A stretch of 63,377 nt of DNA, the filler included, from Bigelowiella natans CCMP2755 (lineage: Eukaryota; Protista; Cercozoa), in NCBI GenBank assembly GCA_000320545.1. It is 8 parts of 8 records of this genome, joined end to end, with 100 filler letters (N's around TTAATTAATTAA, not from the genome) between each part and the next. Parts side by side here need not be neighbours in the genome. Positions count along the whole stretch, not along the records: positions 1 to 15,919 come from ADNK01003445.1; 7 more parts are not named here. One strand, written 5' to 3'. This document shows, piece by piece, positions 1 to 13,030 of the stretch (its first letter is position 1; the number at the start of each line of letters is the position of its first letter). The translations under genes were made by a program, and so were the position numbers. The notes beneath the pieces are model-generated. The model worked only from the letters and a program-made list of their open reading frames with translations. It searched no databases and had not been told where the DNA came from.

Positions 1-346
1 GCCTTCGTGACGTATAGTTCAAGCTCCTCCTTTGTGGATATCTCTGCGACCATGCTGATAACAAACACGCAGGTTGACGCGACGCGAGCAAAGCCGGCCC
101 GATTTCCACCCATCCGCAGGGCGTAACCGAAGCATTCTGAAGCTATTTAATCGACTAACCTTACTCCCAAGAGTCGTTTTCATACTCCCCCCCCCCCCCC
201 CCTTCCCCCTCTTCATCGGATAGGCACATGTACCTTCTGGAGTATCTTTCCACAATGGGATAAAGTAACGTTGAAATGATCGTTTATATTTAAGTGCGAC
301 TTGATATTTATCCTGTTTCTTTTCAAAGAATGACCCATGCCCCAAA
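1..346 (-). CDS. Hypothetical protein, partial (several small exons; runs off the window)
   Basis: Minus-strand splice signals (cctacag|TTTGGG at ~346, GAAG|gtacatg at ~232, ttatcag|CATGGTC at ~52) flank open stretches such as KYQVALKYKRSFQRYFIPLWKDTPE and SMVAEISTKEELELYVTK. No family recognised. Confidence 0.3.
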
Positions 347-699
347 CTGTAGGAATGGCCATGAGTTATTCATTACGACACCATTTACTTTTGTCGTTGG
401 AGAAAACCCAAGGGTTTGTGTCAGGTTCATGGCGAAGAAGCAACTACGACTCGTACAAATTGAAGTCGTTTATAATAATTATCCATTAAAAAGAGGAGAT
501 GAAAAAAGTACGGCCATTTTTGCACTGTGACTAGATTTTCTCAACCAATTTTTTCTAATTTTTGGAAGAGACCTCCCGTGCTGCGACTCTTGTGCTCCCG
601 AATGCCTGCTTGCTGCCTGCAACGATCAGAAATTCATGGCGATTGCCACTAGTTGACCGGCACACAGAAACCCCAGGAACGTGCGAATTTGATGCTGAG

Positions 700-1690
700 G
701 GAATGATTTCTCAAACAATTTGATCCAAGAAAGGTTTTCAGGATTTTGTGGATGAATTTGACTTTCACGGGGCACAACTAGATGTTGAGGCGGAAGCACA
801 ACGAGAACGTGCTCGCCATTGCACTGCTAGACTGTGAAGTTACACCAACAATTTCCATTGAACGGTCTCAGGAACTTCGTCTTGTGCTTCAATGAAAATG
901 TTGTGATCATCGACGACATGCATGTTGGGCTTGCTCCAGTGCTGCTAGACCAACCTAGCAACGCATCTAGCTGGCTAGCTAGCTAGCTCTGGAGCTAGCC
1001 AGGCATGCGCTGGCATGTGAACACTGAAGCAGGTCAGCAGGGACAACTGCAGAATCTTTCAGACTCGCTGCGACGTTGATTTGTGCACATGTTGGCGGCT
1101 ACACACTGCTAGACTGGCTGAATTGACTCTGACCTAGTGACAGTGAACTCTCACTTCGTCCGCGACACCCCTGTGCCCCTAGCTAGCTAGCTAGCTAGCT
1201 AGACCCCTCTACTCTGGCCACTAGCTAGTGCACTGTGAATTGCACACTTTTTGCTTGTGCATCTCGCTCTCATGCTAGCATGGTTTGGATGCACACATGC
1301 ACACCAGAAATTTCGATGGCCACAGAGTCAGTAGGCAACCTAAGAAAACTGCTGCATCTAGCATGCATTTACGGAGCCTGCGCTAGCTGCGCAAAACAGT
1401 CTAGCAGTGAACAACGTCTAGAACGTGGCACTACCACGATGCTTCTTTGTTTTCCCACACAACGTGCAATGCAGGCAGCGGATCAACCCATGTAGCAATC
1501 ATTCGGCAAGCTACAAGGCTGGCTGCTTCCGCCAGCATAAATACGCTTGAGCATGCTAGCTTGCATGCTGATGTGCGTGCCAATCGCATCAAGAGGGAAA
1601 AGCCAGTGACAGGACCCATCCAGCCCGTTGCTGGAAATTCTTAACTATTTCATTCCATCCGTCTCATAACCTAACAATGCACGTGCTCCC
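700..1690. other. CTAG/TGCA/CATG-rich intergenic tract downstream of a gene 3' end
   Basis: (CTAG)6 at 1179-1202, many GCTAGC/TGCA/CATG words, no spliceable ORF recognised. Confidence 0.6.
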
Positions 1691-1703
1691 ACACCCTACT
1701 AGC

Positions 1704-2829
1704 CTAAGTGGCACCGAATTTGAAAGTGATCCAGGCGAGAACTATGCTAAAAATCCCCAGCCAGATCCCGCTATACACCCCTGAAAAGAAATTCGGCCCT
1801 GTTATGGAAGACGCCAATCGCTCCCTTTCTTCGAAATAGTCTGTGTTGCAAGAACAGATATCACCATCACACTGGCGCGCATCCCGTAAACGCCTCAGGC
1901 TGCATTCAATCGTAAAGAACACATAACCTCGCATACTACTTATCACTATCACCCCCCCCCCCCCTTTCGTGTTCTATAATATGTTTTGTCCTCGAAGTCG
2001 TGGGAATTGGTCGAATGGTAACCACGGCTCGTACTTACACCCACGTCATGATAACGAGAAAAGCCCATAATGGCTTCGATATATCTCGCCGCTTCCCCTT
2101 TCGCTAAGGCTAGCATCATCCCTAACCCCCCCCCCCCCCCCCCGTCCCGGTTCTAGAAGCAACTAACCTGATGTACACGAATCTCCAACCACGTATTGGA
2201 CGACGTCTCCCACAGCGTCTGGTTCTCTGAGCGAATGAGGGAGCGAAAGGTGCATAATATGCTTCATGTTTAATAAAACCACGGGCGAAGAATCGATTGC
2301 TCTAAGACCGAACGCTGGCGGAAAAGCCTCAAGAGGGAAACATTCATGCACACGCCTCCCTACCGTTTATCCCCGTCGATTCCGAGCATATCCACTTGGT
2401 TGCGAATGACCTATTTCCGATATCAGCCAACATAGTACACAAAACGGGTCGCGGAGAGAAGTATATTTAGGGGCTGCTGTTACTACTATTGCACACCGTG
2501 CCCGAAATACGTGTGTTTTAGCATTTAAATCGCAAACGGTTTCAGCTTACGAATTCATAAACGATTTCTTCCCGGTCGCTTTTCTTCGGTTGCTGTTGCT
2601 GCCTCTTCCTTTTCCCCCGAGCCTTCCCCTTGCCGTTATCGTTGTCGCTGTAGTTGTCAATCCCGCTCGGATTGCACGTCTTTACGAAATTTACGCATTC
2701 GTCCAGTGCAGGACAAGCAGCCTTTTTATTTTTGGATCGGGGGGAGGGGGGGGGGGTATCAAGAAGGGCAGATTTGCTACCATGTATGTTCCAGATGTTT
2801 CCAGATAGACGAGAGTAAAAATAATAATA

Positions 2830-2866
<37 letters not shown>

Positions 2867-3307
2867 AATATGTATATCTTTTGTTAGCGTTTGAATTTTC
2901 CGGCACCTTCCCAATATCGTGAGGGGAACTTGATTTGATACAAAACCGCACTATAATGAACCCCGCACATCGTCTTACATACACACTCTTTTTCTTGACT
3001 ACCGTGTTATCACTGACTCCTATAACCCGAGCATGGATGTTGGGGAACTCTGCGTCCAAGTACCTACTCGTTAAGCTTATATTACATGCTGCAAATCGAC
3101 GTTCATCAACACCCTTCTAATGTCAGCCAGCATCGTCTGAAGTTCCATTTCTCCTAGTGTGTGGATGGTTCTGACCGGAGTAGGTCCTGCGCCTTCTTCA
3201 CTGCGACACTTCCCTCAGCAAGTGCAGAATGATCTTTCCCATTCTTCGTCTCTGCTGTCGGCGATCGCTCGCTCCTAGCAAAACCCCCTTCTTTGTTCTT
3301 ATCTTCT

Positions 3308-3341
<34 letters not shown>

Positions 3342-3619
3342 TCGGCTCTTTGACTTCCTTTTTCTCAGAAAAACATCGATAAACAACGCTTCCATGAGGA
3401 CAACGCGGCCACGAGCAATGTCAGAGATTCATGCAAAGGAAACACTCGGAGAAAAAAGGTGAGGGGTATCTATCGCCGCGGGGAGAAATAGCAACAGCAC
3501 TCACCGATGCATGCGACTCGATGAAAATAGCGCATTTATTGTGGGTCGCAGCCTTCACTTTGGACTTTAGTAGCCTCCCTAAAATGGTACAGGCAGACCC
3601 GAAAATATGAACCAAAGAA

Positions 3620-3664
<45 letters not shown>

Positions 3665-3768
3665 GTCATCTTCTGAAAATCCAACTCAACGCTGAAGGGT
3701 GGGGGGGATAATGAAGCAGCGACGGACCAGCCAAAGCTGAGCAAGATTCATGACTCTCCTCGCATCAC

Positions 3769-3800
<32 letters not shown>

Positions 3801-4790
3801 ATATCATCATAATTTTCGTCAGATGGAATATAGGAGAAGCTGTGTATCTCGAAGCAGCAGTATAGTGAACGCATTCGATAGATCCAGCGTTCCAACCAAC
3901 GGGGGTACACATCAAATGCGGAAATACGCACGACCGACATGCGTTGTTTACAGGAAGCGAAAACCATGCTTGAATAAGGCACAACCGATGTCTTCTATCA
4001 GCCCTCCTAGCCCATCCTTCTGCTCCCAAACGAGATAGATCAGCTGATGTGTGCCAATACAAAAGGGTATGCAATCACCGAGGGTTATCATCATCTACTA
4101 GATTTTGGATGGTTGGATATCTATACTCGCCGTGTCTTTGCTCGGCACAAAGGCCTTTACTCGGCGCATGACGCCTTTAACCTGTAGAGGAAAAACTTAC
4201 CGAGAAATTCGGCTTCTTCAGTTTCACGTTGCCAATCGTTTCCTACTCATCATGGATATTGTAACGACGAGAAGAATAAGCATTGGATCCTGTTACAGTT
4301 CGTCGGCCGATATATTTGCTAGTTTGAGCTACGCAGCGAGTAGGATTTTCTTTCCATCCCCACTCCCATTGTCTACTACCTGCACAATGGAACCGTCTAC
4401 GCAATTTATGATGACGCCATCCATCTTCAACTCCGAGAGTAAGTAGTATCTGAATGAGAAGGGGGAGAGGGGGGGGTGGGGGGGAGGGAGGGAGAAGGAG
4501 AGAAAGATAGAGAGTAGGGGCGGGGGGAAGGGAGAGGTAGATAATTAGATAAGTATATAGAGAAAACAAAAGACTTATTGCGTCAGTATTGGTTATATCT
4601 TAATCACAAATGGTACCATTTGCCAACCCCTCCCATGTGATCTGTCATGATATCGCATCATCTTAAGACAAACATATACCTTTCTGACGAGTAAGAAGGG
4701 AGTTTCTTCGCTGTCAGTCTTGATACAGCTTCATCTGTCTGTTGGTCTACGGTCTAGCAAGAAAAAACAAGAAAATTAAAACGATCACGT
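1704..4790 (-). CDS. Multi-exon hypothetical protein with a C-terminal transmembrane helix; 5' end uncertain
   Basis: Terminal exon ...ASSITGPNFFSGVYSGIWLGIFSIVLAWITFKFGAT* (stop at 1704). Upstream GT-AG exons include REPDAVGDVVQYVVGDSCTS, YLDAEFPNIHARVIGVSDNT, GRLLKSKVKAATHNKCAIFIESHAS and LKMDGVIINCVDGSIVQ. Confidence 0.5.
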
Positions 4791-4949
4791 AGCTGCACGT
4801 CGCCCCTCTTCTCTCTCTCTTTCCATTCCTTTCGTCCTAGGCTTTCGGAACGAACGCTCATTCGATTCCCCGATGATCATTCGAAACCGGCAAGTGGGAT
4901 AGATAATGCCTGCATTCAGTTCAATCTGAATAGCCTCCGGCATGGGGCA

Positions 4950-5454
4950 CGGCCGATGTTTTGGTTGGTACTCTGCAAAAGACCTGCTCAGCCATTTTTG
5001 TCGACTGGAGCGATGGCCAGGTTGTCAAGCCCATCATCACCGCCCCAAGGTTTTGCTCCGGGGAAATCGGGGAATTATCCGGTTCGCCCTGCCTTCTCAA
5101 GATCTGCAAGCCAATTCGCATCCGCTCCCACGACATTCCCAGGATTTTGTCCCCTTTTCTTGGTAGTTGGCCCGATATCTCCGGGCAATGTTCCGGGTTT
5201 TCCCGTAAAAAATCGGCTTTTTGGATTCCGAAGATCTCGGTTGTGCCAAAATCTCGGAACTACGTTCGTTTGCGGTCTGGTAAAAGGGGGTATTGCTGGG
5301 GATGCTGGAAGTAACGTTATATTTATAAAAAAACGACCTGGAATTTCTTCATTGTCTTGATTTCTTTGTTTTTTGAAAATCTAAATTTCATCCTGCCCCA
5401 CATACTTCCACTTTCATAATCCACAGCCCCCCTCTCCTCACGTATACGTAAACA
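4950..5454. promoter_or_regulatory. Putative bidirectional promoter region between the minus-strand gene and purH
   Basis: Short CpG-rich, microsatellite-free interval between divergent 5' ends (inference from gene orientation). Confidence 0.3.
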
Positions 5455-6264
5455 ATGAGCTCCCACAAGGCCATCGAAGGGAAAAAGGTATTGTGTCCTA
5501 GATAACGATGTCATTTAATAACGGGGGACATAGAATGGCTTCTGTTTCCTAATTTCCAACGAAGGGAGTGTCTTGTTGTAACTGTGGCGAGTGTTCATGG
5601 TAGGCGGACCTCCATCCTGTCAAGCGAGCGCTTGTATCCGTCTTTGACAAAACAGGGGTTGTCGAGTTCGCAAAGGCTCTAACCGAACTCAAGGTAGTTT
5701 TCTCCTTTTTCCCAGCATGAGAAGACAAGAATAAAGGATCAGATGCCACATCCACCCTCAACACATTATAATCGAAGCGACACTATTCCAGGTTGAAATC
5801 CTTTCGACGGGAGGTACTGCGAAGAAACTCAAGGAAGCTGGGGTAACTTTCACGATACTGAGAGCTTTCGTCGGATGATAGAATTTCTTCAATACGTTCC
5901 CCCCCCCCTCCCCTCTCCCTTCCCCGAAACTAATCCTATGTTTGGTTAGGTCCCAGTGGTTATGGTGAAAGATTACACAGGTGCCCCTGAGATTCTCAAT
6001 GGTCGCGTAAAGACGCTTGTTCCTCACATCCACGGTGGGATCCTAGCTGTCCGTGGGAACGAGCTCCATGAGAAGGAGCTTCAGCAGCACAAAATCGGCG
6101 AGATTGATATGGTGGTGTGCAATCTTTACCCGTTCGAGCAGGTGCTGTAATCCCGTAGAGCTACACAAACAAACGCAGAAAATGGGAAATTCGGAAGTGG
6201 TAGGGGGGAAGGGGTTTTGCTCTTAGTTGGACATGAATACACGTCCTATTCGATCACACACACG

Positions 6265-6318
<54 letters not shown>

Positions 6319-6952
6319 TAGATATACACATAGACTCGCACACTTGCTCAAATCTCTGCAACGTGTTTGCCGTGTATGCGTACAGACTGTTGCTAAGACC
6401 AAGGATTGGAACACTTGCATCGAAAACATCGACATTGGTATATGCGAAACAAACCGAAGAAAGTTTGCGAGCATAAAAAAGCAGACACGGTTACTGAATA
6501 GGAATAGTAGAGAAAGGGGTTTTATTTGACAGCCCACGATAGATAGTAGTTATTGGTTATCATCTCCACACAGACACGACAATGTATGAGCAATGTTCTC
6601 TTCATCTGCCAGGTGGCCCCTCCATGATACGCTCTGCGGCTAAAAACTGCAACTACGTGTGCATCGTGAGCAGTCCTTCCCAGTACGTGCTTGTTACAAT
6701 AGGCACGTCAAATGATAGCAATAGAGATAGTAAGAGGCTGGGCGTCGGATGAAAAACGATCTAAACAGCTTTTGAGATAAATTATGTTTGTTAAAACGAA
6801 ATAGGTATGCTGACATTTCGAAGCAGTTGAAGGAGAACAAAGGCTGCACTTCGCTAGAGCTTCGCAAGAGCCTTTCCAAAGCCGCTTTCACTCTCACCGC
6901 CAAATACGACACCGCTATTAGCAACTACATGATTAGCCAGCTTGATAAGTAG
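5455..6952 (+). CDS. purH: IMP cyclohydrolase (MGS-like N-terminal domain of PurH/ATIC) without the AICAR transformylase domain
   Basis: Spliced exons give [11 protein letters not shown]|[30 protein letters not shown]|[17 protein letters not shown]|[33 protein letters not shown]...[13 protein letters not shown]|...CIENIDIG|[11 protein letters not shown]...|...[22 protein letters not shown]. These are hallmark PurH N-terminal motifs; stop TAG at 6950-6952. Confidence 0.9.
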
Positions 6953-7099
6953 GCTGGATCGGCGTAGAGTAATACACGCTTTGTGTACGCGTATGTAGGT
7001 TAATTCATGACCTAAAAGCATATAATTGGTTCGAGTATTGTCCACGTACTGTAAGTACTTCTGCCTCACACCTCTATGAATATTTGCTGTATGCTATAG

Positions 7100-7780
7100 C
7101 GAATTTTTACTATATGGTGCGTATAACTTTACGGTCAGACGTACATGCTCTAGATGCTTCGCTTCACGATAACAATGATCGACCTGTTGCCTCGTCAATC
7201 ATGGTGTCCTCTCACACAAATCTAGGCGTTTGGTGCAACGCTAAGACAAAAACGACAAACAAATGCTCACGCAGGCTACGACATCATGCTAGCATCATGC
7301 CAATTGCAGCAGCAGCATGCTATATATTGGCGGAGTGATCGTAGCATCATTTTGCATACGATACATGCACAGTGCTGCTGCCGACACTACATACTAGACT
7401 GCCCGATTGATGAAACATCTATGCTAGTATGGTTGCGTTATGATAAACGACGAGTATGTGTGTGCGTGCATGCGTGTGTGCATGCGTGTGTGCATGTGTA
7501 TCTAGTGTGCGTGTGTGTGTGTGTGTGTGTGCGATTTAGATGTCACGCTTACAGCCACCAGCATGCATGTGTGGTAGCAACACAGGCTAGCAGAACAGCC
7601 AAGCAATTGCATGCTGTCAATGTGCATGCAATCGATCACATCTTAAAAAAATTGGTTTTAATTTTAGTGACAAGCTACACTAGTACATTCTGTTCGCAAT
7701 ACTTGAGCAGCAGCAGTGTGTTAAGACAGCTACATGAGGATGGCCATTGGACGAATTTGATTTTAATGATTACATCCGTC
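7100..7780. other. CTAG/TGCA/CATG-rich spacer between convergent genes
   Basis: Dense CATG/TGCA/CTAG and alternating purine-pyrimidine words between the purH stop and the stop at 7787. Confidence 0.55.
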
Positions 7781-7786
7781 TTGCAG

Positions 7787-9185
7787 TTAAGACGATATTC
7801 TCTCTCTGATTGGTTCCCCATCAACGACGACAGCTCCGCTATCGTCCATGGCCATTATTGTTTGAGCCTCGCCATCGACGCCGCTCACTATGATGATGGG
7901 ATCATCCTGCCCGCCGCCATTTCCATTTTCACCGTCACCAGCCTCATCCAAGACCAGATCAAAATCATTGCTATCTTCCTCGGGTATTGTCGAGAGAAGT
8001 ATCCCCGACGATGAGCCTCGCCGTTGCTGCCTCGCATGAGAGCCGCCATTATTCTTCTTGTTACCCCTCCTCCACCATTTGTTGCCTTTCGGGGGATGTG
8101 GAGGAGGGGGGGGGGCAGCAGAAGGAGAACCGTTACTGCGCATCCGTAGCGCGCCAATCATTCTACTTGCGAAGGATGAGGAGAGCGCGGGTCGACTCAA
8201 CATCTCACCGCGGCCTCCTTCGAGAGATGCTGAATGCTCCTGAGCCATTTGAACAACCCTGGTATCATCCTCCTCTTCTATAGAACCGCCGTGTGCATAG
8301 CCGCCATTGAACGTGGGGTTGTTCGAACCCTTTCCTCGTGTGATATCTGACTCTGAGAGGTGTAGCGACTGAAACCTGTTTAAAACAAGCGTACTGTTAG
8401 TTTGCCCAAGTTGCCATCCCTATCCGAAGAGTCGTCGTTGAAATCATCTCCGCTTTAGACATTTTATTAACGCAGAGCTTGTGTTCAGTTGGAGTAGTAA
8501 TGATAATGTATTAGACCAATCGATGTGTTTAAGCGTTTTTTGGTTAGTAGGGTCTACACCGTCCCATTCCATCGTCTATTGTAGCATTACGCCGCCTGAT
8601 CCTGCGCTTATACAGGAGGTAGAAGATAGCAACGAGGAACGAAGCCTAATGATTATTGAGCAATACATGCAATTAAAAATAAACTGCTGAATAGGTAGTT
8701 AGTTTGAGTTCCTGGGTAACGCTTTTAAGTCACCTATTTTTGGTGGATTATCATCTTTCTAGACACATTTATGTGTTGGTGTATGTGGAATAATGTCTGC
8801 ATCATCACCAGGAAAGTGCCAACCAACACGCAGAGGATGATTAGAAGCGTTTTGGTGACTCCAGAATCCGCCACCCCCTCCCCCGAGATCCGTTCGAAGT
8901 TGTGTCTATGTTGTATGTTGCGTGGAATGAAGAAATTTTGCAAGCTCTAGGTTTTGATGATTAACAAACGCGCATCGTGTATCCGGTTGGTCACGCAGGC
9001 TACATCCGACCTGCTATGGGAAGAGCTGTCGGAGAATTTGTTGGTGAAACAGGGCTACTAGCCTCGCAAGACTGGAGCAGCTTCGGAGCTAAGGCTACGA
9101 CTGTTAACGCGGTTGAGAGTGGGTTTCTCAATTCTATTGCCATAGCTGCTGCTGCAAGGAGAGCGAGGATTTTGCCCGCTTCCAT
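7787..9185 (-). CDS. Hypothetical single-pass (type I) membrane protein with signal peptide
   Basis: N-terminus MEAGKILALLAAAAMAIE (signal-peptide-like). A spliced TM segment TLLIILCVL|ASFLVAIFYLLY is followed by KRRIRRR (positive-inside), then a low-complexity tail ending at stop 7787. Confidence 0.6.
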
Positions 9186-9651
9186 CACTGACAGCTAACT
9201 TGTGTGTCGGTCGACCAGCCTCACGAGACTCTGGACCTCGCCGATCATCAGGGAACGACAGCACAGTTGATGCACGGCGTGCAGCGGGAAAAAAGGCAGC
9301 AAAGATGAGAACGGGAAATGGGTATCCTCCTCAGTGGCATTCGAACGCGTATGAGCGACAACTAGAGCGAGCTCTTCCAGGCTGCAACGCCAGGCCGCTT
9401 TTCCTTCTTTGGAACAAAAACGAAAGGGACGAAAACCATGGAAGTTTTGATCTGCGACATGGAAACGAGCCCAACTGTTCTCACAACGAGCGCAAAAATT
9501 TAAAGGACCCCCTGGTTTGAAGTCGCAGTGAAAAAATGGTGTGTATTTTTGGCCTTTCGCTGAAAATAATTCTCCTGACAAAGATCGCGTGGATGAGATT
9601 TTCGGAAGTTTGCGCGTAGAAATATCTCGCAATGATTATTGTTCCATGTGC

Positions 9652-9722
9652 GCGCCAATGGTGTAGTGGTAACATGTTTGCTTCCCAAGCAAACGCCCGG
9701 GGTTCGATTCCCCGTTGGCGCA
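9652..9722 (+). tRNA. trnG-CCC: tRNA-Gly (anticodon CCC), intronless, CCA not encoded
   Basis: Acceptor stem GCGCCAA/TTGGCGC plus discriminator A; D arm GGTGTAGTGGTAACAT; anticodon arm TTTGC-TTCCCAA-GCAAA; T arm CGGGG-TTCGATT-CCCCG. Confidence 0.95.
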
Positions 9723-9919
9723 CAAGATAGCGAGCGCAGGTGAAGTTTCTGTCGCTGTGATGCGGTTGAAAAGGTTGTTACATTCGCGAAAGCCACATCA
9801 ATCCCCAACCCTTTTGCATTTTGGCAAAATTAGACACGTTTTTGTCGGGAGATTATCCGAACGAACGAAGGGGGTGCCGCCTCTCTCCGCTGGCCAAGAT
9901 AGTTCAGCGCCCATCAACG

Positions 9920-11701
9920 ATGTCCGACGAAAGGTGGGAACGGCATCCTCGCTCACAACCCCCCCCAGACGAATCCATCAGCCCTTTTTGCGTTGCAGGT
10001 GGAGGCGAAGGGGCCAACATAGCGGGCGTCGCGGGCGTGGTGGAAAGGGGAGAAGGGGGGGGCGAAGAGGACAGAGACGAGAGCAGCAGGCAGGGCGAGA
10101 GTTTGGAAAGGGGTGGGGAAGAAGGGGGAAAGGCCGCCTTCGAGACAATCGTGGAGGCAACACACAGGCTCCTAGTTCGATTTCAGATGGAAGAAGGCAC
10201 AGATGCTCCGCGAGCAAAGCGGCGGTGCTGCAAAAGAGGAAAGTGGGCCTCAGCTACGACCTGGAGAAGACATATCTCAGTGTGCTGACGCAATGTTGCT
10301 CCCTTTCGTAAATAAATTCCGTGTGCCCTCCCCCCCCCCCCCCCCCCCCCTTTCCCCAAATTGACAGATTGACAACCGAGCCGAACTGGGCGAAGGTCAG
10401 GCCTCGGGCCGTGTTGAAAATGGTAGGATTTTCCATCCTCTGAGTCGCCATCAAAGAGCTGACCGTTGCTTTTCCTTCGGTCTCAAAGGCACTCAAGCAC
10501 GTGGTGGACAAGTACCGAGGCATGCTTGAGAGCCCCCAAGGCAGAGAAAGCAGACGGGCTTATGCGTATGTCAATGACCAGCTCAAGGTCTGATCCTACC
10601 ACTCGAATAAGTGACTTCAAACGCAGTGTTGTACCATTCTTCTCGTTTGATTCTTCCTCCGACCTAACCGTGAAACACCATCATGGGCGCAGGCAATACG
10701 GCAAGACTTGAGAGTGCAGCAGATATTCAATGACGCCCTCGCTGTCAACGTGTACGAGGTTGTTGCGCTGGAAAGAAGATTCAGCGCTAACTACCCGAAG
10801 CATTTGTGTCGCACATAATAGTAGTAATAACAATAAACAACAACAATAATGACCAATCCAAAGTCTCGCGGACCCGTGAGACTTCCAATATCGCCTATGC
10901 TCGCTTCTATGCCCGCCATCTAGTCTGACACACCCCCGCTGCGTTTGTTCGCCGTTGTCGCGGCTTAGATGCATGGGCGACTAGCTGTGAGGCACGGGGA
11001 CTTGTCTGAATTTAACTCGTGCCAAATGCAGCTGCAGCAAATCTACGAGTCGGTCTCCAGCTCCCTCCCCCTCGGCAGCGATGGCGGGAACGAGGAGGGG
11101 GAGGAGCAGGAGGAGGGGGGGGGTACTGCTGTTCGCCTGGACAAGGCGAAGGCAGAAGATGGGAAAAGTGATGAGAGCAGTAGGAGTAGGCGGGAGGAGG
11201 TTGATGCCGATAACCGAGCAAGTATTCTGAAGAATCGAATCGAATTCGAGTGCTATAGGTGGGGGGGGGGGGGGGGCCAAAAAAAAAAAACCCCCTCCAA
11301 AGGGAAAAAGAGCCAGAAAAAAAAAAAGAAAAAAAGAGAGAGAGAGAGAAAGCAAGGGAACATATATATCCCTCCTGCATTCATACGTGTCTATTCTTTT
11401 TAAATTGAGTATGGGCGTATATTAGTAATATATATTATACTATATTATATATTATATTTATGTACATTGTGTGTGTGTGTGTGCGCGCGCGCTCCCGCTC
11501 GGATATTTGAACTATCCAGGTTTCTTTACGTATGGCCCACGGAAGATAAACAAGGAGTCGTTTCGTCGCTTTCCACGCTATCGTTTTTTCAGCACTTCCA
11601 CCCCAACGTAGTACCCAGCAGAGGCATTGCGTAATGGGCAGGCCGCACCCCTCTGCTAAGATTGCTATTCGCACACGCAAATAAACCTTTGCCCCCCCCC
11701 A

Positions 11702-11744
<43 letters not shown>

Positions 11745-12081
11745 CCTGAGTGTTACCCTTTTCCTGCGTTGCAGGTGAAACGGTGTATTTCCCTGTACAA
11801 CGCCTATGTGGAGTGGGACTACGTGTCCTATTTCAAGCTGCTGCGGGGGGGGGGGGGCACATGCCTGCAACTGGCGCGGGGAAAGGAGATTGGGGGGAGG
11901 GGGCAAACGGATCAGGAAGATGAAAAGCTAATCAGCAAATGCAGTAGTAGTGGTGGTAGTCTTAGTGGTAGTGGTAGTAGTAGTAATAGTAGTAATAGTA
12001 GTAATATCAACAAGGAAGCTGTTGGCAGCGCCAGCGAAAAGAAAAGACCCGCAGATGCACCTCATGGTAAAACGAAGCTGT

Positions 12082-12115
<34 letters not shown>

Positions 12116-12859
12116 GCGCGCGCGATGCCAAAGCGAGCCAACCGATCCGCGCCAAAACTGAAAAGAAAATGTCTGACGTTCAGCCGTCACGTACATCTAA
12201 TACGCTCGCCGTGAGCAAAACGACAACAAAAAACCTTGAACCGCATCGGATGTGATTCCAATCGATCCCAACCCTCATCGTGTGCTACCTGTGTGTCTTT
12301 GGCGTTGGTGTGTGGTGAAAGGTTGGATGGGTTGGAAGGAGGGGGGGGGCGAGAGTGCCGGAGAATGGTGGTTTGCCTCAGCCGCGACACCCTACCTGAC
12401 CTCATGGATGTTTCTCCGAGAAATCACGCCAAGAATGCGATTTTCTGCGCTCGAGAGAATAGTCAGAGGGTAAGTTGATGAAGCAGCGTTTGGTGGTAGC
12501 AGCAGCAGCGATCGTGTATAGTTACCCTTGCTTTCTTTGCCCCTTCTTTCCGCTTGAAGGTACAGGGGAATGGGTATAACGGTGAAGGACACCGCACGGA
12601 TTCTGGGATTCGGAACGTCTGGCGAAGCAGCAGCGCGCTGTGTGGAGTATCTTGCCCATACCAACACAGTCCTTGATGAGCAGCAGACGGTTTGTTGTAG
12701 GAATAGCAGTGAAGATGGAGAGAGAGAGAGAGAAAGAGAGAGAGAAAAAAAATATTCCCCCCCGACTTTATCAATACACGTCATATGAATAGGAGGCGTT
12801 AGTAGCGGTTGCTAATGTGTGCGCGACCATCGATAATTTTTGTACCTAATATACATTAG

Positions 12860-12908
<49 letters not shown>

Positions 12909-12991
12909 AGTCAGCAAATCCAATGTTGAATCATTGTTTTCCCAAACGTAAATCGCCCTCGTTTTATCCGTGCACACATGTGTGTTTGAGT

Positions 12992-13030
<39 letters not shown>

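Noticed and set aside
5455-6952. purH and ilvB as evidence of bacterial contamination or a recent bacterial island
   Set aside because: Both are interrupted by typical host GT-AG introns with microsatellites.
7286-8014. 242-aa plus-strand ORF and the many ORFs with YIYI, CVCV, ERER or HHHH runs
   Set aside because: Translations of microsatellites, or antisense shadows of real exons.
10275-10366. Apparent non-canonical TG-AG intron in the SAC3-family gene
   Set aside because: One extra G (CTCAG|GTGTG) restores a GT donor and the conserved YLRLT; most likely a homopolymer undercall.
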